The translations under genes and the position numbers were made by a program. 64,000 nucleotides of DNA from Azolla caroliniana. Its lineage: Eukaryota; Plantae; Polypodiophyta. Below are positions 49,523 to 61,064 of the stretch, piece after piece (position 1 is the first letter of the stretch; every line of letters begins with the position of its first letter). The notes under the pieces were generated by a model. It saw nothing but the letters and a program-made list of their open reading frames with translations, did no database searches and was not told where the DNA came from. The stretch spans positions 2,790,001 through 2,854,000 of the forward strand of contig JBHGNT010000014.1 in assembly GCA_043228905.1 (NCBI GenBank), read 5' to 3'.

Positions 49523-52380
49523 GTTTCGTGGAATGCTTGAAAGACATGGGAAGGCTTTGACGTTTTTCCCACAAGAAATCGGGTGTGCTAATCCAAGGAC
49601 GGTAGAACCGATGGTGATCTTCACGGTGCCGCATGTGCCTTGGAATTTGAAACCGATACCGGTTCTGAGAGCACACCTACCAAAGCTGATCGAGCTCTTA
49701 AAGGAGAAGGTGAGGATGGGAATTCTAGAACCGTCGAACGCTCCTTATTCTAATAGGTGGTTCACGGTGCCAAAGAAGAATGGATCGTTGTGATTCATTC
49801 AAGATCTTCAACCCGTCAAGAAGGTGACAATTCGGAATGCTGGAATCGGTCCGAGTGTGGATGAATTTGCCGAGGCGTTTGCGGGCCGGTCCATCTACTC
49901 CATCGACGATCTTTACTCTGGCTATGATCAATTACACTTCGCGGTCGACAGTTGTGACATTACAACCATGAAAACTCCAATCGGGTTGGTGCGGATGTGT
50001 ACCTTACCTCAAGGCGCAACAAACTCGGTGGCTCATATGGTGAATGCCATGAACAAGGTCTTGAAGGATTGCATCCCGGATATCACGATGCCATTCTTAG
50101 ATGATATTCCGATAAAAGGATGTTCGGATGAAGAGAAGGATGAATCAGAAGATAAGGATGGATGTAGAAAGTTCGTCATGGATCATATGAAAGATTGCGA
50201 GAAGGTGCTCCAAAGGCTCGAAGATGCGAATTTGACATTTTCGGGAGAAAAATCCGCATTCGGGCAACCAGAGATCTTGGTGGTAGGTCACTTGTGTGGA
50301 GCATACGGTCGGAAGCCTTCGCCATCCAAGGTGAATGCAATTCAAGACATGAAAGAAGAATGTGTAACCCAAACGGAGGTTCGAAGGTTCCTTGGAGCAT
50401 GCGCTTTTTATCATATTTGGATTCCACACTACGACCACATTGTTGAGCCATTATATGGTCTACTAAAGAAGAAGCGGATGTTCAATGGACGAGCGAGCAT
50501 ACAATCGCCATCCGAAGGCTGAAGAAATTTTTGATGGAGGCACCTGCATTACGGAAAGCGGACTATTCATATGGCAAGCCCATTTTCGTGACTGTGGATA
50601 CTAGTCCAATTGGAATTGGATGGGTTATCAACCAAGAAGATGAAGATTGCAACCGATATGCAATTCGGTTTGGCGCGAAAGTGTTAAGTGACAAGCAAAG
50701 AAGGTATGCCCAAGTGAAGAGGGAGCTATGGGGGATCGTCTCGGCAATCAAATCTGATCGTGATTACCTTATTGGAGCAGAAGTCATAATTGAGACAGAT
50801 TGCCTACCAAATTTGGGTATGATATCTGGTTGTAATACACCGGATATTGCCATGTTGCGTTAGATTGCATATATCAAATCACTCAACCCGGAGATCCGTC
50901 ATGTAGCTGGGAAGCGTAATGTCGTTGCAGACATGCTATCACGAGCGAGATACGACGGAGAAGAAGATCGACATTCTGATGAAGATGATGTTGGCTTGGA
51001 TTTCTTTGCAAGTTCCTATGCTCGGGTGTTGACTACTTTCATAGAAGAGGACTACGAAGGCGAATTTGTAGAGATCGGGAAATACTTGAGTTCTCTCCAA
51101 AAAGATGAATCATGGTCGACGGAAGACTTCCATTGAATTCGGAAGAAAGCAAGTATTTCCTTAAGGATGGAGCTCTTTGGAAACATGCAAAAAAGAAGAA
51201 TGGGACTCCGATGAGAGTTGTCTGCAAGCTCGAAGACCAACAAAGACTAATGTCTGAATTTCATGATAGTGTTTTTGCAGGCCATCGAGGAATATGGGCT
51301 ACGTTTGCGAAGCTTAAGGAGAAATATTGGTGGCCGGGCATCTACAAAGATGTAGCAACTTATGTGGAAACATGTAAGGAATGTCAAATGTTTTCGAATA
51401 TTCGCCATCGAGATGGACTTCATCCGACTTACCCGTTGGCTATGCATTACAAGTGGATGGTGGACATAGTGATGATGCCAATGGGACAATGGCAGATGAA
51501 GTATCTTGTGCTCGCGAGAGAGGATCTTACCAATCAAGTTGAAGGGCGAGCATTAAGAACTAAGGAGACATCATCAGTATGTCGATTCCTTCTTGAAGAT
51601 GTTATTTGCAGATATGGATGTGTCGGCAAGATAGTGGCTGATAGAGGCGAGTTGGACGCCAATGAAGCTAAAGAATTCTTCTCGAGGATGGGAATCAAAT
51701 TATCTCTTACCATGGCGTATAATCCGGAAGCAAATGGGAAGGTGGAACGTGGACATGGACCGATTGTGAAGGCTCTAGTGAAAGCTTGCCATGGGAAAAT
51801 AGGAGAATGGCCACGTCTATTGCCATTTGCATTATGGGCTGACATGACTACTCACAGCACGGTGACGGGATACATGCCGACAGAGCTCATATTCGGACAA
51901 AAGCCAATAATGCCGGTAGAACAAAGTATTATTTCATGGTTTGCATTGCCATGGCAAGATGAGATAAGTAGAGAAGATCTTCTAGCATTGAGGATTCGAC
52001 AATTAGAGCGGAATTTGGAAGATGTAGAGGTGGCTAAAGCGTGGCTAAAGAATGCAAGGCTAAAGAACAAGAAAGACTTCAATAAACGACATCGACTTCG
52101 GCCGAGGAAAATCGTTGAAGGAGATTGGGTGCTAGTCTATGACAGTAGCCTAGATAACCAACATAGTACGGCTCGAAAATTCTCACAACGATGGTTTGGA
52201 CCATATGTGGTGAAGAAAGTGGAAGATAATGCAACATATCATTTAGTAGAACTAGATGGTACACCACTTGCCTTGCCAATTGCCGGTAAAAGAATCAAGA
52301 TCTTCAAGAGAAGAGATAAAATAGAAATTGGATTCGAAGCTTTTGACGATTCAGTCTTAAGCATCGATGAAAAAGTATAG
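49523..52380 (+). pseudogene. Pol of element B (RT, RNase H, integrase) with stops and frameshifts
   Basis: LPQGATNS, FLDDIPIKG, TVDTSP, H..GH..C..C, ADRGE, WFGPY. Confidence 0.88.
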
Positions 52381-52599
52381 TAAACAAAAATGAATCCTCA
52401 CCAAAATTGGCACATACCAGTGGATGTGCAGGTTTGGTGGGGGCGAAGAATGTCGTGATAAAATAGAAATTGGATTCGAAGCTTTTGACGATTCAGTCTT
52501 AAGCATCGATGAAAAAGTATAGTAAACAAAAATGAATCCTCACCAAAATTGGCACATACCGGTGGATGTGTAGGTTTGGTGGGGGCGAAGAATGTCGTG
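52315..52599 (+). repeat. 142-bp tandem duplication spanning the integrase end, PPT and first 7 nt of the LTR
   Basis: gggggcgaagaa-TGTCGTG with TGTCGTG at 52451 and 52593. Confidence 0.9.
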
Positions 52600-52904
52600 T
52601 GAATCTTCACACACTATGTAAAAAAAATAAAAAAAAATTATTATAGATTAAATTAGTAGCTTACTATAGAAAGATGGATATACTCAAGAGCTTCAAAATG
52701 TATTTTACTATATACAAAATGGAGAAATACATACCAAGTTATGAGAAAATAAAGTTTGATTAGATAGGGAAATTAGAACTATCCCACATAGATAGGAAAG
52801 TTAAGGCCCTGGCTATATAAACACCTTGAGCTCCCTCATTTTTCATTTGTGCTAAGAGCACTTTGGCCACTTTTTCTTGATGGATGATGGTGGCCAAATT
52901 TCTT

Positions 52905-53720
52905 AAAACCGGAAACCGTCCGGTAAGCAAACCCGAAAAACGGGTCCGGTAAGCAAATCCGGAAACGGGCCAGTAAGCAAATCTAGAAACAGGCCGGTAT
53001 GCAATCCGGAAACCGGCTGGTATGCAAAACTGGAACCGGCCGGTATGCAAACCGGAACTAGAACGGGTATGCAAACCGGCCGGTAAGTAAAACCGGAAAC
53101 CGACCGGCAAGTAAAACCAGAATTGGCTAGCAAGCAAACCGGAACCGGAACGGGTATGCAAACCGAAAACCGGCAGGCAAGCAAAATCGGAAACCGGTCG
53201 GCAAGCAAAACCAGAACCGGCCGGCAAGCAAAACCGGAAACCGGCTGGTAAGCAAAACCGGAACCGGAACCGGCAAGCAAACCGGAACGGGCCGGCAAGC
53301 AAAACCGGAACCGATCGGCAAGCAAAACCGGAATCGGAACCGGCAAGCAAAACTGGAAACCGGCCGGTAAGCAAAACCGGAACCGGCCGGCAAGCAAAAT
53401 CAGAACCGGCCGGCAAGCAAAACCGGAACCGGAACCGGCAAGCAAACCGGAACGGGCCGGCAAGCAAAACCGGAACCGATCGGCAAGCAAAACCGGAATC
53501 GGAACCGGCAAGCAAAACCGGAAACCGGCCGGTAAGCAAAACCGGAACCGGCCGGCAAGCAAAATCAGAACCGGGCGGCAAGCAAAACCGGAACCGGAAC
53601 CGGCATGCAAACCGGAACGGGCCGGCAAGCAAAACCGGAACCGATCGGCAAGCAAAACCAGAACCGGAACCGGCAAGCAAACCGGAACCGGCCGGCAAGC
53701 AAAATGGAACCGGCTACCGG
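52905..53720. repeat. CCGG-rich minisatellite in the 3' LTR of B with a 165-bp higher-order period
   Basis: Units like gcaaaaccggaaccggccggcaa; marker accggaacggg at 53281, 53446 and 53611; shorter version at ~31320-31565. Confidence 0.9.
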
Positions 53721-55676
53721 ACGAGGTTGGACGCGGACGGACGAAAGATTGGATCATGCAACAAACTAAAGTAAAGTAAAGAGAACTAAAGTAAAGGCCA
53801 TGTGGACGCAAGCAACTAAAGAAGGGAGTGCATGGAAAAAGTAAAGGTCATGTGGACAGTCACATGCAACCAAAAGAAAAAGCTAGGCAACTAAAAGTAG
53901 AGGCCATGCAACAAAAAGTGGAAAGGCTATGATCAAGGGGGAACTCCATATTTATTCCATTTTTTTTCCTACACTAGGATAGACTCTCCATATTATCTTA
54001 ATTTTCTTCTCAACTCCCTTATCTTAGGGAAGCCATAACTCTCATAAACCCTAAAATTCCCTACGGAAGCCATAATACTCATATAACCTAATCCTAATCT
54101 TCCCTACGGAAGCCATATCTCTCAAAACCCCTAATTTTTCTTTTCTATTAATCTTAGTAAACCTAAAACTTCTAAATCCCAATCTTGGGACATATTGTAA
54201 TTTCTTTTTCCTTTGTTAATGAAAATTATTAAATTTCTTCTTTCTGTTAATTGTTAAAAATATAAACGCACAAATGTGATTATCCTCTGGTCGGAGGCCC
54301 TGGGGTCCTGCCTCAAGTTCGCGTATCCTCGTCGTATTTTCGCGACAGCGCGTAACAACGCAACAACATTTCCCCTTTAGATTTCCCCAAAATTTAGCAC
54401 ATGCATGTGCTTTCTCTTGCGTTTGGATAAATTGTTGAGTAACTTCGCATATTCTTCTCTTTCTTTGAATAAGCCTTTTATACTCATGCAAATGCTTTTG
54501 GTAATTCTCTTTATCCTTAACTACCTCCAAAAGGCAGTTTCGAGCTTTATCCATAAGGCAGTTTCGAGCTTCACGACATTCTTTATCAAACCATTTTTTC
54601 CTAAGTTTCTTGGTGCATTTCCAAGATGTGCGGTTGGTCAAAAAACATTTGTTTGTCCATGAGAGAATGACTTTCTTGAAAGCTTCCCATTTGCATTCTA
54701 GTGTGGCACCATTATATTGTATCTTTGTCATTTGTAACATATCCTCAACCATCTTGGAATAAATGGGTGTTTGCTTAAGGTTCATGCTCAAGTGCGGTTG
54801 TTTATTATCTTCAATAGCCTTCTCACAATCAAACCTATGGATACATTTGAGATCAATACATAAAGGCCTATGATCAGATTCCAATGTTCATTCACCAAGT
54901 GAGAATTTATGTATACGATCCAAAATACCTTCGGAAAGTAGCACATAGTCAATCACACTATTTTCGTTGTGTTTTCTACATGTAAAACCATTAGTGTTGG
55001 GTCATAAGGAAATACCATTTGCAATAAGCAATCCGGTTCTATTGCACATTTGTAGGAGTAACTTCCCAAATTGGTCCGGATCTTTTTCATCGCTAGAAGA
55101 GCGGCTATACATTTGCATATTCTCTTGCATCCTTGAGATATGTGGCATTAAAGATTCTTGTGAATCAAGTTGGAAACTTCTTGTACGAGCATTCATGACA
55201 CCAAAGACAATAACTTCCCCTTTGGATTTGAAATAAGCAATATCATCTTCTAGATTGGCAAACGGTTTATCTTTATCCAAACAAGCATAAAAGTTAGAAT
55301 CTTGATGAGGAATGTAACATCCAACTACAAAAGTGGGCAAATCATTAGGTGTTTCTATTTTGAGCCATATGTAGCATTTATTTTCATCATTGTTTATGAT
55401 TGACACATATTTCTTTATTTCCTTCTTAATCAAACATGCCACCCCTCCTTATCCTCTTCTTTGTCTTGGATTTTTCTTCCATATCAAAGAGTGTACATTA
55501 TAGTTTCCTAAACCTTGAATCCTTTGAGTATCATGCTCCCATGTTTCAACAAGAAGTGTGATATCTGAGTCATCGGTGAACTCCTTTATGCCAAATCCCA
55601 CATTCCATGGGTATCCATTGCAATTCCAAAAGCATAGTCGTAAAAGGCGTGGGTTAGTCTCATAGATCACGTGTCC

Positions 55677-56546
55677 CTATTTGCCTACATTTCCATCTTT
55701 AGGCACATCTTTAACCTTATTTTTCAATCTTTCTTCATATGCTTTATGATGAGCATTTTGTTGTGAGATAGTACAATCTTCACTCACAAAGCATTGTGTA
55801 CCTTTGAGGTATACCCAACTATTTTCGAGTATGATCCGTCGCTTTGTATCATCTGTCATTGTGCATACAATAGGCCTTTCTCCGGAGCGAGTAACACCAT
55901 GTTTCCCAACTCGGTGTGCCCCATATACATTCACATCTGACATCCCATAATGCATGCTAAAATATTCACCAATGGCCTTTCCAAGGGATGTGGGTGTTTC
56001 CATACTCTCTTCTTTAATCCCACGGACGACAATGTTCTTTGATCGTCGTTCACGTTCTTTCAATTCTCGGACATCTATGCTTTCTATATTCTTCTCTTGA
56101 TGCATCACATGCATATTAGATGAGTTCGATAGCACATCCCCACCACATACATCGGCCCATGACTTCGTTGTACATACATTTTTCATCTCACTTACATCCC
56201 GCCTCATCGTGTCCAATTTTTCTTCTTTTAATGCTTCCTTTAACTCAATCTTGTTAAGGCGCTCATTTGTTTCAAAAGACGCTCTTTTAGATTCTTGAAT
56301 CTCTTCTTGAAGTTTTGCAACCATTTGTTTAAGACTTTCATTCTCAATGACAACACTTTTGAGCTTAGCATTCTCTTTCATTAACATCCTAATCTCTTCA
56401 CCTTGCTTGTTTATGGTTTCTTGAAGAGAAATCAAGTGACTCATAAGCATTTTGCCCATTGCATTAGAATCGAGATTTGTTGTTGATCTCGGCTCATTAT
56501 CAATCATACCCCCGAACTTTGCGGCGGTTTTACGAGTATTTTCCAT
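55677..56546 (-). CDS. LINE ORF1 protein, 289 aa
   Basis: Coiled coil then RERRSKNIVVRGIKE..HRVGK..RPIVC..FVSED, directly upstream of the endonuclease. Confidence 0.8.
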   Translation of the reverse strand: MENTRKTAAKFGGMIDNEPRSTTNLDSNAMGKMLMSHLISLQETINKQGEEIRMLMKENAKLKSVVIENESLKQMVAKLQEEIQESKRASFETNERLNKIELKEALKEEKLDTMRRDVSEMKNVCTTKSWADVCGGDVLSNSSNMHVMHQEKNIESIDVRELKERERRSKNIVVRGIKEESMETPTSLGKAIGEYFSMHYGMSDVNVYGAHRVGKHGVTRSGERPIVCTMTDDTKRRIILENSWVYLKGTQCFVSEDCTISQQNAHHKAYEERLKNKVKDVPKDGNVGK

Positions 56547-56755
56547 TATAGGGACAAACCCTATGGGAAGAGAGAGACAGAGAGGGAAGGAGAGAGAATG
56601 TACCTTTCACTCGATTTAGGGCTTCAAAATCTACCTCGCCACGGTAACAGAATTCAGTAAATGAACATTCTTTAGAAAGCTCTCTCAAAGAGCTTTCCAA
56701 CGAGCTATAGAACGTAGAAAATGATGGCTGGAGTGAACTTACAGAGAGCTTTGAA

Positions 56756-56766
56756 AGAGAGAGAGA

Positions 56767-56838
<72 letters not shown>
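56756..56838. repeat. (GA)n microsatellite joining two LINE copies
   Basis: About 40 GA units. Confidence 0.95.
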
Positions 56839-56842
<4 letters not shown>

Positions 56843-56903
56843 TTATATTATCGTCTTCGGAGGTCAAATAGGACCTATGAGACCAAAAAATTACATTTCA
56901 CGT

Positions 56904-59900
56904 TGTCGTGCCTTTCGGCTCCGGATCGTTTGCGTGAGTCGGGTGGGAACCACCGAGGTTTTGGACTAGGAAAAAGAAGAATATGAGATGAGGCTAGTAA
57001 TGAATAGATTATTAGAAAGAGAGATAGAAATTTCGTGAATCCCACGAGTGTATTATATTCTATTAATTAATATTTAGATAAGAATATGTATTTAGATTGA
57101 AAGAAAGATATAAGAAACTTGTGAATCCCACAAGTATAGATTATATTATTTTCGTGAATCCCACGATTATATTAATCGGTTGGTGTTTTCGGAAATATAT
57201 CCAATTTCCAAATATTTCACACGCCTATTACATTGTGCTCCCCATCCTTATGTAGTGATGAGGAAGTCTTAGTAATCCATGCTTTTTCTCTAACTATAAT
57301 GCTTTTCCTATAGATAGACTATATGCTTTATCTAAAGTGATCATGCTTTTTTCTAACTTGTGCGTTTTTTATCATGCACGCTAGATGTGTATGTGTAGCT
57401 TTTTCTTTTGTTATGCGTTTTTCTAATGTTTATCCTAGCGTGAATTTACCTTTCTATGTGGGACATCTATGCTTTAACACTAATGAAATGCTAGTGTAAT
57501 GGTAAGACATTACATTATTAACATGGAGGTGCAAGGTTCGAATCTTGCCCTATGCATGTTCCATTTATTTTGCTATTTTCTTCTATTTCTTCATTTTTTA
57601 TTGAATCTAATACTATATACGTTTTTCACGTAGTGTACAAAATACACTATGACACTCACCCCCTCCAAACCCGCACATCCTCCGGTATGTGCCGAAGTTG
57701 TTGGTGTTTGTTAGTCTCCTCCGTCCGGTCTCTACCCGATTGGTTTCGTTGCCGGCTCGTAGTACCCTCGACTTCTCTTGTTATGTTGACTTTGTCTCTC
57801 CATTTGGAGCACATCCATTCTTTCCACTCGAACCATTGTCGACATCCGATCCACCATAGTCTTCGTTCGCTTTTTGCATGGCCCGTTTGGTCCTTGTCAT
57901 CCGCGGTAATATCTTTTCTCGCCCTCTTTCTTTTCTTCATCAATCTCGACTTCTTTTCGGATTTTCGGTTTAGTCGGATTAGCTTACTTCCGATTCGGTC
58001 TCGTCGGATCGTCTTTCGTTTAGTTCGGCTTCCTTTCCGATTTGTATTCGGTCGATCCGGACTCGGTTGATCGGTTTTTACCGATTCAGTGCTCTTTCGG
58101 GTCGGTTTCTTTTCTTTTCTTTTCGTCCGGATTTGCTTTCTTTTCTTCGTTTTCACCTGCCTTGTCCGGTTCGACTTTCGGCACTTCTTTCCGTTGTTCG
58201 CTACGTAGGTCCTCCGATATGTGCTCGTTGTTCGGTCCTCGTGTGGTTGTAATGCATGCTTCTTTTCTCGCCGTAGCGCGTGCTTCTTTATTCGCCATAA
58301 CACGCGTTTCTTTATTCGCCGTAGAGCGTGCTCTGTATTACGCGCTTCTCCCGTCGTAGACCCGACCTCCGCATTGTCACACTTTCTTTTAGATTGGAAT
58401 TTCGGATGGATCATTTTCCATCCGAACCGACTTCCGACTTTACCTTCCTCGCCGCCATCTCCCGTCTCTCCGGTCTCACGTTGGTTCTCGGACACAACCG
58501 CCGAAGTCTCTAGATATTGTTGGCATGAATCCTCGGTTTTACCTTCTTTCGTAGTTTCACCCTTAGCATTCTTCTCGGCTATCTCTTCATCGTATTCGTC
58601 GGCTTCGACATTCGTTTTCTCTCCACCACCTTCCGTCTCTTCGGTCTCACGTTGCCTTTCGATCGCAACCGCCGGAGTCTCTGGAATCAGTGCTGGGGAA
58701 GTCTCGATATGGCAATCCGCCATTGATTCGTCCATAGCCACCTCCGATTCGATTTCGTCTTTTGTGGCTACCTCCTTAATCACATCCGCTTCACACTCTT
58801 TATCTGCATCAATTATGCAAACATCTATTATGCTTACCCCTTCTTGACCCGATGTCTCGGGCACTTGTATCCCGAAATTTCCTTCTACACTTGAATTATC
58901 GGCCTTATCCTTCGCCATCGTTCTTTCACAAGACAAGAGGGTAGCTTGTTTTACACCCTCTTCCGTCGCACCATCATGTTGTATTTCGGCCTTCATATCG
59001 GCTCCATCGTTTGTCTTCAATCGACCATCCTTCATGGGCCATGTCGTTGTTGACGAGATTCTCAGCTTCCTTTCATCATGTCTTCGGCATACCCTTTCGA
59101 CTTTGGCCCAATTTTCGGTAAGACCATTCGTACCGTCATCGTCTTCGAGTTCGATCCCGATGTCCATCCTTTCTTTTCGATCGATCGATTTTACGAACAT
59201 TAGGACTTTATCCTCTCCCACCAATCGTTGTTCCCGCTCCGAGAGTCGAGCAAAACGATGCTCGAACTCTAGGAATGCTTGTGTTGCACTTTGGTGGGTC
59301 TTCTCCGATGCCACCCATTCGTCGAATTCTCGCTGATCTTGTCCCTTTGATCTCTTGTAATCATATGCCTCTCGTAAAGCTTCTTCGAATGACCCCCATG
59401 TCGAGTTTTGTTGCCGTATCTTGTGGATTCTCTCTTGTAGCTCATCCGTGGCCACCCGATTGAAGGATGTCACTTGCAATCCTTCCGGTATCCCACATCG
59501 TATCATCTCTGCCTTGTAGTCATGTAGATAGCGTGACAGATCGTTTCCGTTGAATTGTCCGTTTCGTTGTACGAGCCGCTTTACTACCGCCGTGATCTCC
59601 GACATCACTCGTTGTTCTTGTAGCATCCGCTCGAACATCATCATCATCGTTATACTCATTGCCTCTTGTTGATTCTCCATCTCCTTGCCACCCGCCTTCA
59701 CGTCGGGTTCACCAACTGTGTCGTGCCTTTCGTCTCCGGATCGTTTGCGTGAGTCGGGTGGGAACCACCGAGGTTTTGGACTAGGAGAAAGAAGAATATG
59801 AGATGAGGCTAGTAATGAATAGATTATTAGAAAGAGAGATAGAAATTTCGTGAATCCCACGAGTGTATTGTATTCTATTAATTAATATTTAGATAAGAAT

Positions 59901-60475
59901 ATGTATTTAGATTGAAAGAAAGATATAAGAAACTTGTGAATCCCACAAGTATAGATTATATTATTTTCGTGAATCCCACAATTATATTAATCGGTTGGTG
60001 TTTTCGGAAATATATCCAATTTCCAAATATTTCACACGCCTATTACATTGTGCTCCCCATCCTTATGTAGTGATGAGGAAGTCTTAGTAATCCATGCTTT
60101 TTCTCTAACTATAGACCCCATGCTTTTCCTATAGATAGACTATATGCTTTATCTAAAGTGATCATGCTTTTTTCTAACTTGTGCGTTTTTTATCATGCAC
60201 GCTAGATGTGTATGTGTAGCTTTTTCTTTTGTTATGCGTTTTTCTAATGTTTATCCTAGCGTGAATTTACCTTTCTATGTGGGACATCTATGCTTTAACA
60301 CTAATGAAATGCTAGTGTAATGGTAAGACATTACATTATTAACATGGAGGTGCAAGGTTCGAATCTTGCCCTATGCATGTTCCATTTATTTTGCTATTTT
60401 CTTCTATTTCTTCATTTTTTATTGAATCTAATACTATATACGTTTTTCACGTAGTGTACAAAATACACTACGACA
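56904..60475 (-). mobile_element. Gag-only LTR element F (related to D); LTRs 56904-57654 and 59719-60475
   Basis: 4-bp TSD ACGT, tRNA-Trp PBS 59698-59714, PPT next to 57655. Confidence 0.93.
57656..59680 (-). CDS. Gag-like protein with acidic then K/R-rich tail, 674 aa from MENQQ
   Basis: A single uninterrupted ORF fills PBS to PPT; its N-terminus is nearly identical to the D gag. Confidence 0.75.
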   Translation of the reverse strand: MENQQEAMSITMMMMFERMLQEQRVMSEITAVVKRLVQRNGQFNGNDLSRYLHDYKAEMIRCGIPEGLQVTSFNRVATDELQERIHKIRQQNSTWGSFEEALREAYDYKRSKGQDQREFDEWVASEKTHQSATQAFLEFEHRFARLSEREQRLVGEDKVLMFVKSIDRKERMDIGIELEDDDGTNGLTENWAKVERVCRRHDERKLRISSTTTWPMKDGRLKTNDGADMKAEIQHDGATEEGVKQATLLSCERTMAKDKADNSSVEGNFGIQVPETSGQEGVSIIDVCIIDADKECEADVIKEVATKDEIESEVAMDESMADCHIETSPALIPETPAVAIERQRETEETEGGGEKTNVEADEYDEEIAEKNAKGETTKEGKTEDSCQQYLETSAVVSENQRETGETGDGGEEGKVGSRFGWKMIHPKFQSKRKCDNAEVGSTTGEARNTEHALRRIKKRVLWRIKKHALRREKKHALQPHEDRTTSTYRRTYVANNGKKCRKSNRTRQVKTKKRKQIRTKRKEKKPTRKSTESVKTDQPSPDRPNTNRKGSRTKRKTIRRDRIGSKLIRLNRKSEKKSRLMKKRKRARKDITADDKDQTGHAKSERRLWWIGCRQWFEWKEWMCSKWRDKVNITREVEGTTSRQRNQSGRDRTEETNKHQQLRHIPEDVRVWRG

Positions 60476-61064
60476 ACGTGATACGTGTGAAAGTGAGTAG
60501 TGACTCTCGATGTTCAAGAACTTTACCAATGAATGTTGTAATCGAGAGTGCACATTGTGGTTGTGAGAGGAATTCATGCAAAGATTGGGCTCGATCGAAG
60601 AGATGTGGAAAGTATGGTTGAATATGATCAAAGGCAGAGCATTGTATCAAAGTGTGATACTCAGACTCGCGAACTTGTTTAGGGCAAAGTGTGCATAGCC
60701 GACCACTCTCATCACTTCTGCCCCAACGCCCTGTTTCACATCACAATGCATGTGAGCAAAGTCGCATGGAAGCAATGGTTCGAATGGCAGATAACAGTAT
60801 GGGCTCTAACATGTATGGATGTGTACGATTTCCCCATTCCACAAAGAATATGGTTTTGTAGTTAGGTGCAACATGTGTAGTATAATGTGTGAAGCGTGAG
60901 CCTCCACATTTGTCCCATGTCATGATACATTGGCGTTGCAAAAATGCCTCATTTACAAAGGAATCTAATGATGCATCATGAAGCAAGTGTCTCGCATCCC
61001 ATCTACCAAACCATTTTTCTATATCTTGCATCCAACCAGAACACAAAATTTTCCTTTTATGCGT

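Larger units (their letters stand above)
31008..54347 (+). mobile_element. Gypsy element B (non-chromovirus, tRNA-Trp PBS); LTRs 31008-32245 and 52593-54347
   Basis: TGTCG...CGACA LTRs, PBS 32250-32266, PPT before 52593, order gag-PR-RT-RH-INT. Flanks GCGG and GCGC do not match. Confidence 0.88.
26315..54365 (+). mobile_element. Gypsy-lineage element A (no pol seen). 5' LTR 26315-27091, tRNA-Trp PBS 27096-27112, degenerate gag; only 18 bp of the 3' LTR remain (54348-54365).
   Basis: TG...CA ends and 4-bp TSD ACAT (26311-26314, 54366-54369). PBS TGGTGAACCCGACGTGA is complementary to the plant tRNA-Trp 3' end. gag is similar to the gag of B, D and F. Confidence 0.8.
24216..56755 (-). mobile_element. 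LINE copy 1 (APE-RT type, RTEX-like), split by the LTR nest into 24216-26314 and 54366-56755
   Basis: ORF1 at 55677-56546. ORF2 pieces: endonuclease (WNCNG, LVETW, SDH), RT (FVDFKKAFD, GVKQGCPLSP, LLYVDD) and C-terminal LRCETGRW..C..C..EYH..C. (TATC)n/(TC)n tail. The frame joins across the TSD (GNLKGKC|VESYGD). Confidence 0.85.
56839..61064 (-). mobile_element. LINE copy 2, 3' part (56839-56903 and 60480-61064), interrupted by F and G
   Basis: Highly similar to 24242-24836; it keeps a segment around 60563-60615 that copy 1 lacks. Confidence 0.9.

Noticed and set aside
52760-53811. 300-aa ORFs on the minus strand
   Set aside because: They are translations of the stop-free CCGG minisatellite
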